Counted from the first letter of the stretch, positions 1-14,380 are shown. The stretch: 64,000 nt of DNA from Octopus sinensis (GCF_006345805.1 NC_042998.1:49104001-49168000); one strand, 5' to 3'. A program made the numbers and translations. Notes: generated by a model from the sequence alone, not told the origin.

Positions 1-2240
1 GTTAAGACACTCCCAAAAATGCAAAGACCCAGCAAGTGTCTCAGCACCACATCACTATAAATATTTAAGTTACAATAAGCTTCCAGTTGTGAATATATCT
101 GTCCTGAAGCAAACAGAAAGGAGGTGGGGAAAACTACCTAGTATCATTTTTTTAGTTTTTAGCATACAACTCCCTGCCTCTATTACTGTCAAAATAAGCG
201 ACCCTTATTGGGTTAGGGCCAAAACACACCGGGGTGAAAAGGTTGCAACAAATGTATAAATTAGCTGTCACAATATTTTCTATCAGGATAAATTATATTT
301 TTTTCTTAAATGACTCCATGATTAATAAATATCACATGTGATTGTCCAATAAATAAAAGAATTATACAGAGAAACTAATATTCAAATGGACAGGGTGACT
401 TAAGTTGTTTAAGTGTTGGGCTGTAGACTTAAAAGGGTAAAAAGTTCCTGTGTAATGAACATGGTTACAATCATTCTTATTTAGGTGATTGGTTTGCATA
501 AGCAAGGAAATGTGGTTGTAGAGTACCTTAAATCTAGCATTTCATGCAAATATCAACATTTGCAGATCCATCCAACCAATGCTAGCAAGAGAAAAATCAC
601 ATTCAAACATGAAGGAAAGCAAGAACAGTACCAAAAATAAAAGGTATTGTAAATGAGAGTAAAACAAAAATAGGTGATTAAATGTTTCATCTCTGAACAA
701 GGTAACCACATGTCCTTGTCAGCATATAACTAAGACCAATATTTTACGCTTAATTTTTTTTTTAAAGTAAGCCCTGAGAAAATTGGGACTTTAGTATCCT
801 ATTGCAGGAGGATATGATGTTCAGCTCTCAAACAAGTCACCATTTTACCATAAAGCTAGCATTGACTACTTCAGTGTGTACTAGAGCAAGTAATGACTGT
901 GTAAGTAGAATTAGTTACATTACACAGAACAACCCAGCTATCAGACAAAGCACCAAAAATTTACTTCAATGCAAAGAAAATTATTAAATTCTTTTCTTTT
1001 TTTTTTCTGTTTAAGTTTCATTTTACTTGAACAAAATATATTTTTAGCTTTCTTTTTCAAAATATATTTTTATTTTACATTTGTTTTTGTCTTGACATGT
1101 ATTTCACTTTTAAACTTCTAGATACTAATAAAGCATATTTAGTAATTCAAGAGAAATTACTAACATTAGAACAGTCAACAGAAGCTGCATCACCAGGTAA
1201 TTTAAACATTCAAACTGAAATAATTTTACAATGGATAACATTAATATCACCAGCTACACACAAAAGGACAAGAAATCATTCTTTTCTTTTAAGTTGTCTT
1301 CTTCAAACCCTTCTTAAATGGAATAATCACATTTGACAGTGAATATTTATGTGAACTCTTGCATGTAACATTTTCATTCCCTTAGGAAGCAATATGATTA
1401 TAAACTGGTTAGTTACAGTAGTCTAAAAATATTACACATTCATATTTGGAAGTCATTATTTGTACTTTTTTTTTTTTTTTACATAGACATAAAATCTAAG
1501 ATTTTTACAGAAAAATTTGGAATTTGTGGCAATCATGCACTTTATATGGCAATAAGTATGGCAATAAAAGAAAATAGTGGACTTCTGACATAAAGTCATA
1601 TAATTTACAAGGACACTGTTGATTATACTAAGCCCAGTAAGTGACTGGAACTTTAATATATCAACTCTGAAAGGATGAAAAGCAAAACTGACATTGGTGA
1701 GATGTGGATTCAAAATTTAAATATCACTAGACATGAAGCCCAATGCTCTACTGATACTATCAACATTGGCACAAGGTTCAAAATTTATATAGCAGTAGTA
1801 AAGTTGATACTCTGAGTACTTATTTTATTGGCCATCGCCAAGGAGAAATGGAAAGTAAAGCTGAGCCCAGCAACATTAGCACTCAGACCAATAAAGTGAC
1901 AAAACCAAGTACATCTATCCTCATCTATCATAGATTCATTCAGCTCTGATCCAGGATAACATGGCGCACTCACTGTGGACTATGTTAGACTTATCATGAA
2001 TTGATCTGTGATAACACAAGTGGGTGATCAGTCAACAATGCTGCTTGGACTGCAGACTTGGGGACTCGGAACAAAACCTATATTTCCCATATGGTCTATT
2101 ATTCATTTACCAGTTTCATTTAATTCTCTGTTTTTTTTTTTTAACCAAACACTTGTGATGAACAAAGATAGATGTACTGCAAGTCATTAGGTCCAGTACT
2201 CTAGTGTTTTAATCACACCAATACCCATAATAATGATAAT

Positions 2241-2448
2241 AATAATCCTTTCTACTATAGTCGCAAGGCCTGAAATTTGGGGGAAAGGGATAGTCGATCA
2301 CATCAACTGGTACTTATTTTATCGACCCTGAAAGGATGAAAAGCGAAGTTGACCTCGGCAGCATTTGAACTTAAAACATGAAGACAGACGAAATACTGCT
2401 AAGCATTTTGCCCAACATGCTAACGTTTCTGCCAGCTCACCACCTTAA
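2241..2448 (-). mobile_element. tRNA-derived SINE (family with core ...ttcaaattccgccgaggtcgactttgcctttcatcctttcggggtcgataaa...)
   Basis: Minus-strand head with box A/B-like motifs and an (ATT)n tail. Further copies at about 10200, 10503, 24130-24790, 34327, 40290, 43960, 46860, 49560, 49865 and 56820. Confidence 0.8.
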
Positions 2449-2866
2449 TAACAATAATAATGATGATGATGTAAGCAGTAATAGTTACATTGCAAAAAGC
2501 TAATGAAGAGCTATGAGAAGGCCACTAAGGAAAATATAACAAGCTAACAAAAATGCTAAAGTATTGTTATGTACAAATTTATATTTTCAATTTAACAAAG
2601 TGTAAGATTAAACCTAAAAATTATACATTGTTGGAAAAAGTAGGAAGTACTACTGAGATATATTTGTTAAACAAACTGAACAGAAACAGTCAACATATGA
2701 ATGAAAATTAAAAATAAATAGCTACAAAACTGGAAATTCAACGTACATAACAGGAAAATTTAAAGAATATATATATATATAATAGAAAAATAATAAATTA
2801 AGAAACATTCAGCAATGATAATTTGGAATAAATAGAAACATTCCACTATTATCAAGGACTGACTGA

Positions 2867-2981
2867 TCATGTGTCTATGTTAGTGAAAATGCGGGACACT
2901 TCGGCTTTCTGTGTTGAGCTCATGTGTTGCTTGATATGAATAATTGAGTCCATGGCAACTTCAGGATTGTTCTGGATCAAA
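2867..2981 (-). CDS. ACC: ACC last coding exon ((S)[15 protein letters not shown]...NIDT*)
   Basis: tttcag acceptor; phase 2; TGA at 2869-2867; [11 protein letters not shown] matches the ACC C-terminus. Confidence 0.95.
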
Positions 2982-5405
2982 CTGAAAAATTCAAAGGTAA
3001 AAATTATTGCAGGTGATTGTAGATGGAATGGGAGTAAAGGGAGAGAACTTTTCAAGTGCTGGTATCACAATCATCATCATCATTTAATGTCCACTTTTCC
3101 ATGATTGCATGGGTGGGACAAACTTCATTGAGGCAGATTTTTCTATGACTAATGCTCTCAAAGTTGCCAACCTGCACACGTTTCCAAGTGAGGTATTATT
3201 TCTCACGCCCAAACATTTTTCACAAAAGACTGGAAACAAAACATTTGCTCATTTATAATCATCATGTCAATATAAGAGTACATACACATGACAGGATTTT
3301 TTTCAGTTTCCATCTACTAAATGAACCAACATGGTTTTGGCTGACCCAGGTCTATGGTAAAAGATACCCAAGGTGCTGCACAGTAAGACTGAACCCAAGA
3401 CCACGCGGTTGGGAGGTAAGCTTCTTAACCACATAGCTACACCTATGCTAAAATACCCAAAATACTATTAATACCAACAAGCCTAGTATGGTTTCATATG
3501 CACTTTTTATAAAGGGTAGCAATGTAACAGAGATTTATAGCAAGATATATAAATATTTTGTTTACTTGTTTCAGTCATTGCACTGTGGCCATGCTCGGGT
3601 ACCACCCTGAAGGGTTTAGTCGTACAAATCAACACCACAACATGTTGAAATGCTAAGTTACAGGAACATAAACAAACCACCAACACTGGTTTGGTTGGCA
3701 AGCAGTGGTCGGGGGAGACAAACACAGAGGCACACACTCATACATTTATGTATATATGGCATGGTTTCTATGGCTGGATGCCCTTCCTAATGCCAACCAC
3801 TTTGCAGAGTGTGCTAGGTGCTTTTATGTGGCACTACCAATTCCACTCACAGAAGTCACTTGCCAAAGGTGCCAACTAGTGAGACTGAACCCAAAACCAT
3901 GTGGTTAAGAAGCAAAAAAAAAAATGAAAAAAAATATACAGCAGAACTCGAAGCAATCCAACGAAGCTACACTAAAAAGATCGTCTCAATGCAAAATATC
4001 AGCTACTGGGAAAGACTGAAAGTATTAAAACTCTTCTCCCTGGAGAGAAGGCGAGAGATATGCAGTGATATACATCTGGAAAATCCTGGAGGGTCTTGTC
4101 CTGAATTTTGGCATTGAAAGTTACCCCAACTGTAGAACGGGGCACCACTGCATGGTGCCAAAGATCCCAACATCACCATCAAAATACAGGACCAGATACT
4201 GCAATATCTTGGGTTTCAGGGGACCACAGCTCTTCAATATCCTTCCTAAATGCTTGAGAGACCTGCATGGTGTGAATGTGGGTTTCTTTAAAACTAAACT
4301 GGATCTCTTCTTGTCAGGGGTTCCAGATGAACCTACCTCTTGGCAGGAAACACAGATGCGGGCAGCAGCGTCAAACTCCCTTGTTGACCAAGTGCCACGT
4401 ATCAGAGGTGGTTTCACAGACTAGTGTAGCTCATTCAACGGTGGTGCCCCAGCATGGTTGCAGCTTTTGGGCTGAAACATTTTTAAGGATTCAAGGATAT
4501 ATATATATATATATACCTCAGGCACGTTACCATAGTACAATGGATGCAAAACAGTCAGATGCAATAACAGCAACAACTTTTATTACATACAATATGTCTG
4601 ATAGTGGTAATCATTATCAAGATACTTTCTAAAACTGATATAAAACTGACTGTTTTATCTAAAGGATCTTTAAGCTGAAGTAAGAAATTACCTTCGAATT
4701 TGTTGAATGACATGGTCTCTCTGCAGACATTTTATGTTTTCTGCAATGGCATTGTGGAGCCCGTCATCATCCATTTGATCTCGCAACCATTCAACAACAG
4801 CCTTGTCGTTTTCCCACAAATATGCCTGCAAATAATCAGAACAAATTATGGAGTTTAAAATCATTTTTGTACTTCTTCTCTCTCTCTTGTGTGTGTGTAA
4901 TTTGAGGTAGCAAAGCCATAATTAATTCAAGAACTTAAAATCTTACTCTCCACACCAAACATGATACATGAATGTTATAAACATATAACTTTATAGACAC
5001 GTGGATATGGGTTTTCATCATCAGCAGCATTTTACGGTTCTTTTTTCTATGCTTGCATTGCATGGATGGAATTTGTTGAGGTGGATTTTCTACAATTGGA
5101 TGCCCTTCCTATCACCAGCTCTTAACCATTTTCATGCAATGTAGTATTTCCCCATGGCTGAACAATGTTCTTGCAGCATTTATAAAATGAAGACAGACAC
5201 TGCTTGTATGGTACCGACAATCAAACTCAAGACAACACACAAACTCACACACTCATACATCAAATCCACTCACAAGGCTTTGGTTGGCCAGAGGCTATAG
5301 TAGAAGACACTTGCCCAAGGTGCCATGCAGTGAGACTGAACCCGGAACCATGTGGTTCATAACCAAGCCAAGCTACTTACCACACAGCCACTCCTACGCC
5401 TATTG

Positions 5406-5439
<34 letters not shown>

Positions 5440-7045
5440 GCACACACATATATAGAGAAACATATACATACAACTACACACACTCACAAGCACATACAGA
5501 CACATGTATTGTATGCATCTATATCATTATCATCATTTATTGCCCATGTGCCATGCTGGCATAGGCTGGACAGTTTGACAGGAGTCGGTGAACCTAACAA
5601 CTACATTATGCTTCAGTGTCTTCTTTGGCATAGTTTCTAAAGCTGGATGCCCTTCCTAACACCAACAACTTAACAGCATATACTGGATGCTTTTTTTTCC
5701 TGCCATCAACACTAGAGATGTTGCCATACAGCTTGCAAGACCAAACAGCAACAACTTTATGGTAGAGAAGGGTAAAGTATGAGAGATAAGGGCCAGAGCA
5801 GAATAGATTTTTTTGCTGTTGAGAAGCTATATGACTACTCATATTTTAGAAAAGAGAGTAGGAACAAATAATGACATTGTGCTCAGATAATGATTTTATT
5901 AATGAACGAAAAATATGGCAATATTTCCAAAATGAAATGTAAAAGGGTAAACTGCATTCCAATTGTCCATGATCTAAATGAATAAGACTGTACTAAAAAC
6001 ATGCACCCTCAAGGTGTAAAAGAAAAACATTAAATTAATTAACATATTAAAGATATCACCTGACAGAGTCAATAAAGTGTCACACATAACTGGACGAATA
6101 GGTGTAAGCTAAAAGACAAATGATGTGGGAATAGGGAAACTTCACATGATAGAATTGTGTCACATGAACGGATGAATAAAAATAGGCAATTGATAAACAA
6201 TGTTTTGTATCGAGACAACAGGAGTTGTCTCAAAGTGGTTGGTATCCAGCTATATAAATTATGCCAAAGCAAACACTGGAGCATAAGGCAGTCCTAGGGC
6301 CACACGGATCCTGTTAATGGAATATGGTCTTTAAATGATGATGATGATATAGCAGGTATATTTTTGTCTCAAGTGTAATTCCTGTTTTGAGACTGCAGGG
6401 TGTGTAACTTCGGGGAAATTTGGTTGCTATTTCTAGAAGGTTGACTATGTAGGAGTTATCTCATTTAGTTACTGTTTTAGAGGTGAACGAGTATCAATAG
6501 TAGTCTACTATCATTACTTAAGAAAAGCAGTCCCAGTAATGTTAGCAAAAAACACAAATAAAAAGCTTACGTTTACTGTTGACTGGTCTTCAACAAACCA
6601 TCTACGTAACATGGAGTTTAATTGCCCATCTTGCAGATCTTTGGTAAATTGTATCATCTTCATCTTTAGCTGACTTTCAAGAAGTCTGCGACGCAAACGC
6701 CAATAAAAGAATTCACGACTCGTATTCCATCGCACAATCTCCTAAAAATGGGGAAAAAAAGCAAAATATATCACTTATAATACAAAAGCAAAATAAAATA
6801 GTGTTAATATAAATATACAATATACAACTGTAAAGGTTATCACTGAGATTATTACTGAGAATTTTTTTTCCACAACCCATTAAGCGCAGGACTGGCTGTG
6901 TGGTAAGTAGCCTGCTTACCAACCACATGGTTCCAGGTTCAGTCCCACTGCGTGGCACCTTGGGCAAGTGTCTTCTGCTATAGCCTCGGGCCAACCAAGT
7001 CCTTGTGAGTGGATTTGGTAGACGGAAACTGAAAGAAGCCTGTCG

Positions 7046-7078
<33 letters not shown>

Positions 7079-10000
7079 ATATGTGTGCGTGTGTTTGTGT
7101 GTCTGTTTGTCCCCCTAACATCGCTTGACAACCGATGCTGGTGTGTTTACGTCCCCGTAACTTAGCGGTTCAGCAAAAGAGACCAATAGAATAAGTACTA
7201 GGCTTACAAAGAATAAGTCCTGGGGTCAATTTGCTCGACTAAAGGTGGTGCTCCAGCATGGGCGCAGTCAAATGACTGAAACAAGTAAAAGAGTAACCCT
7301 CTTTGAATATAATATAAGTTGCATGGCTGTGTGAGAAAGAAGATCACTTTGCAACCATGTGGTTTGATTCCACCTTACACCCAAGTTCAATCCCACTTAA
7401 GCCAAATGTCTTCTGTAGCCTTTGAAGTGGCCAATACTCTGCATGTATGTATGTGTGTGCATGCATGTATGTACACATCATCGGCATTATCTAACAACTG
7501 CTTTCCCTGCCGGTATGGGTTAAACAGTTTGATACACACAACCTGTTTTAAAGTGATCTAAACCGAAATCTTTCATCAAAATTTCATGATGTGTCCAAAT
7601 ACCACTTTAAGAATGACAAAGTTGTTTTACTAAATTCTTCATTATTTTCAAAATTAATTACAACTAAAGTAGTATATTTCAACAGAAATATGGCAATGAA
7701 AGAGTTAAGGGAGATGTGACTGCCATTTCTAGCAAGTCAAGCAACCACGCAGCAGCTCCTTCAGGGAGTAGGCAGTAGATGAAATGGTCACAGGATTTCA
7801 AGAACATTTCAAGAATCGGTCAGAAACTTCAAACCAGCAAACAAACAGATAGGCAACCAGGTACAAAGCAGAGCCCAATTAAACAACACAATGCCAGGTG
7901 AAAATTGGGAAGGGAAATGAGCAGCTACTTACATTTATGACTTCTTTGTCTACCATGCGTCCAGCAGTGTCGTGAAGGTCAGCAAACTCTACCGCTACCT
8001 GCTGGTAGATGGACATCAGTTCATTTTCACTGTTGCTCAAGTCCAACTCTAGATGGTTTTTCTCCTCTTTGGTCAGAGTTGGACAGTTGAGCTGTTCCAC
8101 TAACTTGGCACATTGGGGGTCAATACGGCGAATAGCCTTAACAAGATCTTTTCTTCGGAATTTAATTTCAACAGTACCTTGTGGTTCTAACACACCACCT
8201 CTGCAGAATTCAAAAGAAATTGAAGAAAACTCAACATAGATAAACATTTTTTTTTTTTTTTTATAAAGCGCAGGTTACACTGGATGTTTTATCAAATGTA
8301 AAGCAATGAAAATCAGTCAGGTATTGTGGCTTTTTAAACACATATAAGTAAACAAGAATCTGAAACTGATTGGAAAATTTACAAAATAGATAAAGTTTGT
8401 ATCTTAACATAAAAAAGTGACAGAAATACATTGGAAGTATTGTATCATGCCATTGCAAGGTCCAGTCCTTGTTGTAGTGAGGTAGCTGGTGTACCACAAT
8501 GATTCTGAGAGCTTTGCCAGCAGAGCATGAGCTCTTAGGAGGGCCTCCCATGTCAGACAGATCAAAGGATAGATGCCACAATAATACAGACTAACTTTTC
8601 CTAGAGGTAAAAAATGATTTGCATAAGGCCAATACCTCATCATCATCATCATTGTTTAACATCCACCTTCCATGCTGGCAAGGGTTAGAAAATTTGACAG
8701 GAGCTGGCCAGGCAGAAGACTGCACCAGACTTCTGTACCTGTTTTGATACAGTTTTTATGGCTGGATGCCCTTCCTAACACCAACCACCCAGCAGAATGG
8801 ACTGGGTGCTTTTTACATGGCACCAGCACAGGCAAGGTCGGTCTTGGCATGGTTATTACAGCTGGATGCCCATCCAAATGGAAACCACTTTACAGTGTGG
8901 ACTGGATACTTGGAAGACAAAGATCCTCTACCCAGAAAAAAAAATGTACAGCTACAAAAGCATCAATGACAATTCAAAACCAACATGACCTGAGAGAGGA
9001 AGGCCTTCCCACAGGGAAACATGAACCAACAAGGGTAGGTGGAAGAGAGGATGTCTTAAAAATAGGTGGCTGTGTGGTAAGTAGCTTGCTTACCGACCAC
9101 ATGGTTCCGGGTTCAGTCCTACTGCGTGGCACCTTGGGCAAGTGTCTTCTACTATAGCCTCAGGGTGACCAAAGCCTTGTGAGTGGATTTGGTAGATGGA
9201 AACTGAAAGAAGCCTGTTGTATATATGTATATGTATATATATGCATGTGTGTTTATCCCCCCCACCCCAACATCGCTTGACAACCGATGCTGGTGTGTTT
9301 GTGTCCCTGTAACTTAGTGATTTGGCAAAAAGAGACCGATAGAATAAGTACTGGACTTACAATGAATAAGTCCTGGGGTCGATTTCCTCGACTAAAGGCG
9401 GTGCTCCAGCATGGACACAGTCAAATGACTGAAACAAGTAAAAGAGTAAAGGAGAGAGAGGAGGATGGGTACTGAAGCAGAGCTAAATAAGAAGAGATCA
9501 AACTGAATAAAAGGATAAAGACACCCTTTGGTCATGAATGACCATGGGATTGCACCTAGAGAGTTACCCTCCAAGGCACAAGCTTGGGCAAGGTTGTTTA
9601 TGGAAGACCAGCAGTCACCCATGCATACCAGCCTCCCTCTCCACACCACCAATATTATCCAAGAGAAAGGCAAAGGCCAATACACCTTGGTACCAGTGAT
9701 GTTGCAAAGCATTTCTACAGCTGACTGAACTAGAGCAACATGAAATAAAGTGTCTTGCTCAAGAATAAAATATGTAGCTCAGTCCGGGAATTGAACTCAC
9801 TACCTCATGATTGTGAACCCAATGCTCTAACCACTGAATCATGTGCTGAAGCAGAGAAGACAGCCCAAGTCATCAATGCAGAAAAGTCTTCAATAGCCTA
9901 TGCAGCACAGGGAGTGAAGGGCTTAAATAAGTGTTGTGTTGTGTCATTGGAAAATATGAGCTTCTTCACTCAATATTGTTTACATACCTGGCATATTCAT

Positions 10001-13000
10001 CAGCAAATATTTCCATGTGCGTTGGATTAATGGAGGGATCAAGAACAACCCATGCACCACCTCGTAATTCAGCATAAGGTGGAATGTAAATCATGACTGG
10101 CTGTTTGTAAACACGAAGGGCATCGACAATGTAGGAGCCAAACTTGAGAATCTGGTCATACATATCTGCAATGATAAACATAACAACAATAATAATAATA
10201 ATAATAATCCTTTCTAATAAAGGCACAAAGCCTGGAATTTTTTTTATGGGGTGGGGGGAACTAGTCGATCATATCGACCCCACTGTTTCACTAGTACTTA
10301 ATTTATCGACCCTGAAAGGATGAAAGGTAAAGTCGACCTTGGTGGCATTTGAACTCAGAATGTAAAGACAGATGAAACAACAACAATAATATTTGTAATA
10401 GTAACTACTAGCTGGACCCATGAAAAATTCACCGAAAATATTTAAAAATGTTAGCATCTGTAAACAGTGTACTGGCGCCATGAGAAATGTTTGTATATTA
10501 TGACCGTCTATCTTTACATTCTGAGTTCAAGTTCTGCCGAGGTTGACTTTGCCTTTCGGGTCGATAAATTAAGTATCAGTTGTGTACTGGGGTCGATCTA
10601 ATCAACTGGCCACTTCCCCACAAAAAATTCAGGCCTAGGTAAATATATTGTGACTGTTACAGAATATAGAAAGTAATGTAACAACAAAGACTAAATAATC
10701 CAACCAAAATATCTTGGTTACACAAACATAAACAGAATTACTATTTAACCTTAAAATACATAGTACATATTCCAAGAACCTTAATGAACAGATTGAAATG
10801 CAAAAGAACGAAATGGTAAATGGATTTATGAATGAAAGTTTGTTAATTGTGTTTATTTCCCCCACACGACACTTATTGCAAACATGTTTTAAGTAACCTA
10901 AACTATACACACAAATACATTCATATATATATGTCTCAAATTGTAGCTGTAATTCAAAGGGGCCAGCCTTGTCATATTCTGTGTGAGGCTGAATCTCCAT
11001 GAGAACTACGTTAATGTTATGCATGTCTGTGGAGTACTCAGCCACTTGTGAGTTAATTTTATTGTCATGTGGTAATGAAAAGTGAAATTGACATCCAATA
11101 TTTGCTGTGTGTACGTATTTATGTATAAACTTTTCTTTGGATTTATGTATCTACTGTCTCTCTCACTTTCCTTCTTTCTCTTTCATTTCCTTTGTGTCCC
11201 TGTTCTCTCCCACTTTTGATTTAACAATGTATATATGTATCTACTTCTCTTGTGATGTGATAAACATTTAAAAACACAAAACGAACACCGTCACCACTCG
11301 CAGTCTCTTTCACTCTCTCTCTCTCTCTCTCATTCTTTCTTACTTCCTCTCTGTCCTCCTCTCTCTTGCTTTGCCACTTCTTTGAAGTAAGTGTGACACA
11401 CACAACAGGTACATATAAAAACAAAAAGTTAGTGTATTAATATTATTGATAATAATTAAACTCTCCTGGCAACAAATTTGATCATGTAACCCTTTACCAT
11501 TCAGATTACTCTGTCAAATGTAATGCTTATTTATTCACATTGTTTTGAATGAATCATGTATTATCTTGTAGCTTTGGGATTTCAATAAAGTGTTTATTTT
11601 CAGAATGACATTGTAGAGTAGGTGTGAGAGGTCAGATGTGACCAGTTTGAACATAAAACAGGCAGAATATTTAGGTTGGATATGGCTGGTTTAAATGCTA
11701 AAAGGTTAAATCTATGAGAGAATATGACTAATACTTAGTGCTTCTTTGATGAAATGATAAAATTCTATAAAAATCTCTGTAACAAGCTTCTTTTTTTTTA
11801 CCTTTCATTCCACCAGAAAATCCTCTCCAGTTGGCAAAAATGATTAAAGGTAATTCTTCTTGATTAAAATCTTTAATTGTCTGAGCAGTTTTGTAGGCAG
11901 AATCAGGAAACCACACTTGTCCAGCTTGTTGAAGATTCTGTATCAGAAATGAAAATAACCAAAGTCAAAAGTGTAAACATTGAGGTCTTCTTTACGCACA
12001 CACACACACACACACAATACATACATACATACACCACACACATGGAGAGGTGGAAAGGTAAAGAAACAAAACTGTTTTCTTCTTTTTCGTGTTTTCATAA
12101 AATTAAGTAAGCAAGAAGACGTGAAAACAAACAGATTTTCTTAAAGAGAGGCAAATATTTACAAGAGTTGAGAGAAAGGCTTAATCTAAGCTATAAAAAG
12201 TCAGATAAAAAACAACTTAAATAGAAAATTTGAGATGAAATAGGAATAGCTATCAACAGGTATTACACAAAGTTACAAACATTGTTGTTATGTATTGATT
12301 GTTCATTTTCTTGTTGATAAAACCATATGTAGTTAATATTCCGTTGTAGTTTCACAATCACACAAACTTGAAACTAACATTACAAAATGTTGTGCTTTAT
12401 ATACTATAGATATTTTGAGAAAAAGTGATTTAAAATAATGTATAAATAAATAAGACGTACTTTTGATTCTGAATCAAGGTTAGCTGGATCAGCAGGAATG
12501 GTAACTTCCACAGTACGAGTCTCTACACATACGACACCAACTGGAATTCCTCCCAAACTGATCAACAAAATTGAGAGTAAAAACAAATTTAGTAATATTT
12601 AAATTTCCAGAAATTTGTCATAATAGAATGATGATGATGATGATGATGATGATGAGACTATTAGAAATGGCAGTAAAACATTTTTAAAAAAATTAGAAAT
12701 AAATTTTCTTGCAGCTCTACTTGATCATTCTCATCCTCTCTTCTGAATGTGAGCAGCCTCTTCAAGAACCTGCTCTATTCCCTTCTCTCAAACTTTAACC
12801 CCTCATCTTCTAGCATAAAGCTGACTACCAGCCTTGAGGTTTGTAGTCTTGCAAGCTACATGCTGAACTCAATAGTGCTGGTCGCCCCCCCCCCTAAAAA
12901 AAACCCCGTTATAATAATAATAATAATGAAATTATTGTATACAGTGCTCAGGTGCACCGCAACTTGTCAAAAGTGCGTATAAAGCATATGCAGTAATGTA

Positions 13001-14380
13001 CAAATGTTTGGAAAGTGAACATTGTATGAGTCAGATACATGCTTGCGTGTGTATTGAGGGGAGAAAATCAGGTGTAATGTTGGCAAATCTCAGGAAGCAT
13101 GTAAGTTTTGAAGGATGCAATGCTCCGACAACTAACAACTGATGCCAGCAGCTTGTTCCATACTTCAGCAACTCTTAGTGTGAAAAAATGTTTCCGAAAG
13201 TCATGGGAGCTGTACTGTTTTCTGACTTTGTAAACATGTCCATGGGTGTTAGACAGGTGGAGTTTGAAAAGGTGCTCAGAGTTATTGTTTGTAAGATGGT
13301 TAATAATTTTATGGGTGTCTGCCAAGTCACCCATAAAATTGGTATATGCTGTATAGTGGTTGATGTTAGAAAGGGCATCCAGTAGACACTGGAGCATGAT
13401 GCAGTCCTTAGACCCCTAAGATCCTGCCAAACCATCCAGGCCATGCCAGCATGGAACATGGGTATTAAATGATGGTGATGACTGTTTTTAGTGGTGGAGC
13501 AGAGTTGAGATTTCAGAAAAATACTATGGTAAATTCAGATCTTACAATAATACTTTATAAAAATATCCAAATATGCACTTTAAGTAGATGACAACCTATC
13601 AAACCTATACCTTCATGGAAAGTAGATTAAAATGATAATGATGACGACGATGATGATGATTAATCTTTCATGGCCAAGAACGATGAATACACAACATGCA
13701 ACTCTTACAAAACTAGAGTCCAGAGCTAATGACAATATAAGGTAAACTGCTAACTCTACTACAGGACTCTTGTATAATTCTGAAACAAAGTGATCTCATA
13801 CAGGTAGATAAAAAAATAAGGGGAAGTAGAATAAAATGACCATCCCAAGAATAAAACACTAGCACTGGATTAGAACCCATGGTTCATAAGCATATTATTC
13901 ATTACCTTATCCACTCTCCTGTCTCATCTGTGAATTTATGCATATACGTATAAGTATATCACCAGCATCGCCATTCTAAATCCAACTTTCCATGCTTGCA
14001 TGTGTCACATGGAATTTGTTGAGGCAGATTTTCTTATGGCCGGACGCCCTTCCTGTCACCAACTCTCACCTGTTTCCAAGCATGGTAAAGTTTCCCAAAG
14101 CCAGACAGAAGATAGGAAACAAAAAACACCGCTTGTATGGCAGTGATGCTTGTTACAACTACAATGCAATGTCAGGACATATAAACATACACATATATAT
14201 ATGTCCCATACACATGTATATACATTTATATACACACTCACAATGGGCTTCTCCTAAATTCAATTAAAAGGCTTTAATCAACCATGGCTATAGTCCAAGA
14301 CTCTTGTCCAAGGTGCCACACAGTGAAACTGAACCCTAAACCAGTTGATTGGGAAGTAAACTTCTTTACCATGCAACCAT

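Noticed and set aside
808-900. Plus-strand segment with cag/gtaagt boundaries (93 nt)
   Set aside because: Open across its length only in phase 0, incompatible with the phase-1 candidate at 1122; no recognisable homology.
1824-1829. Minus-strand AATAAA as the ACC poly(A) signal
   Set aside because: Such hexamers are frequent in AT-rich DNA, and this one lies in SINE-like sequence; it cannot be assigned without transcript data.
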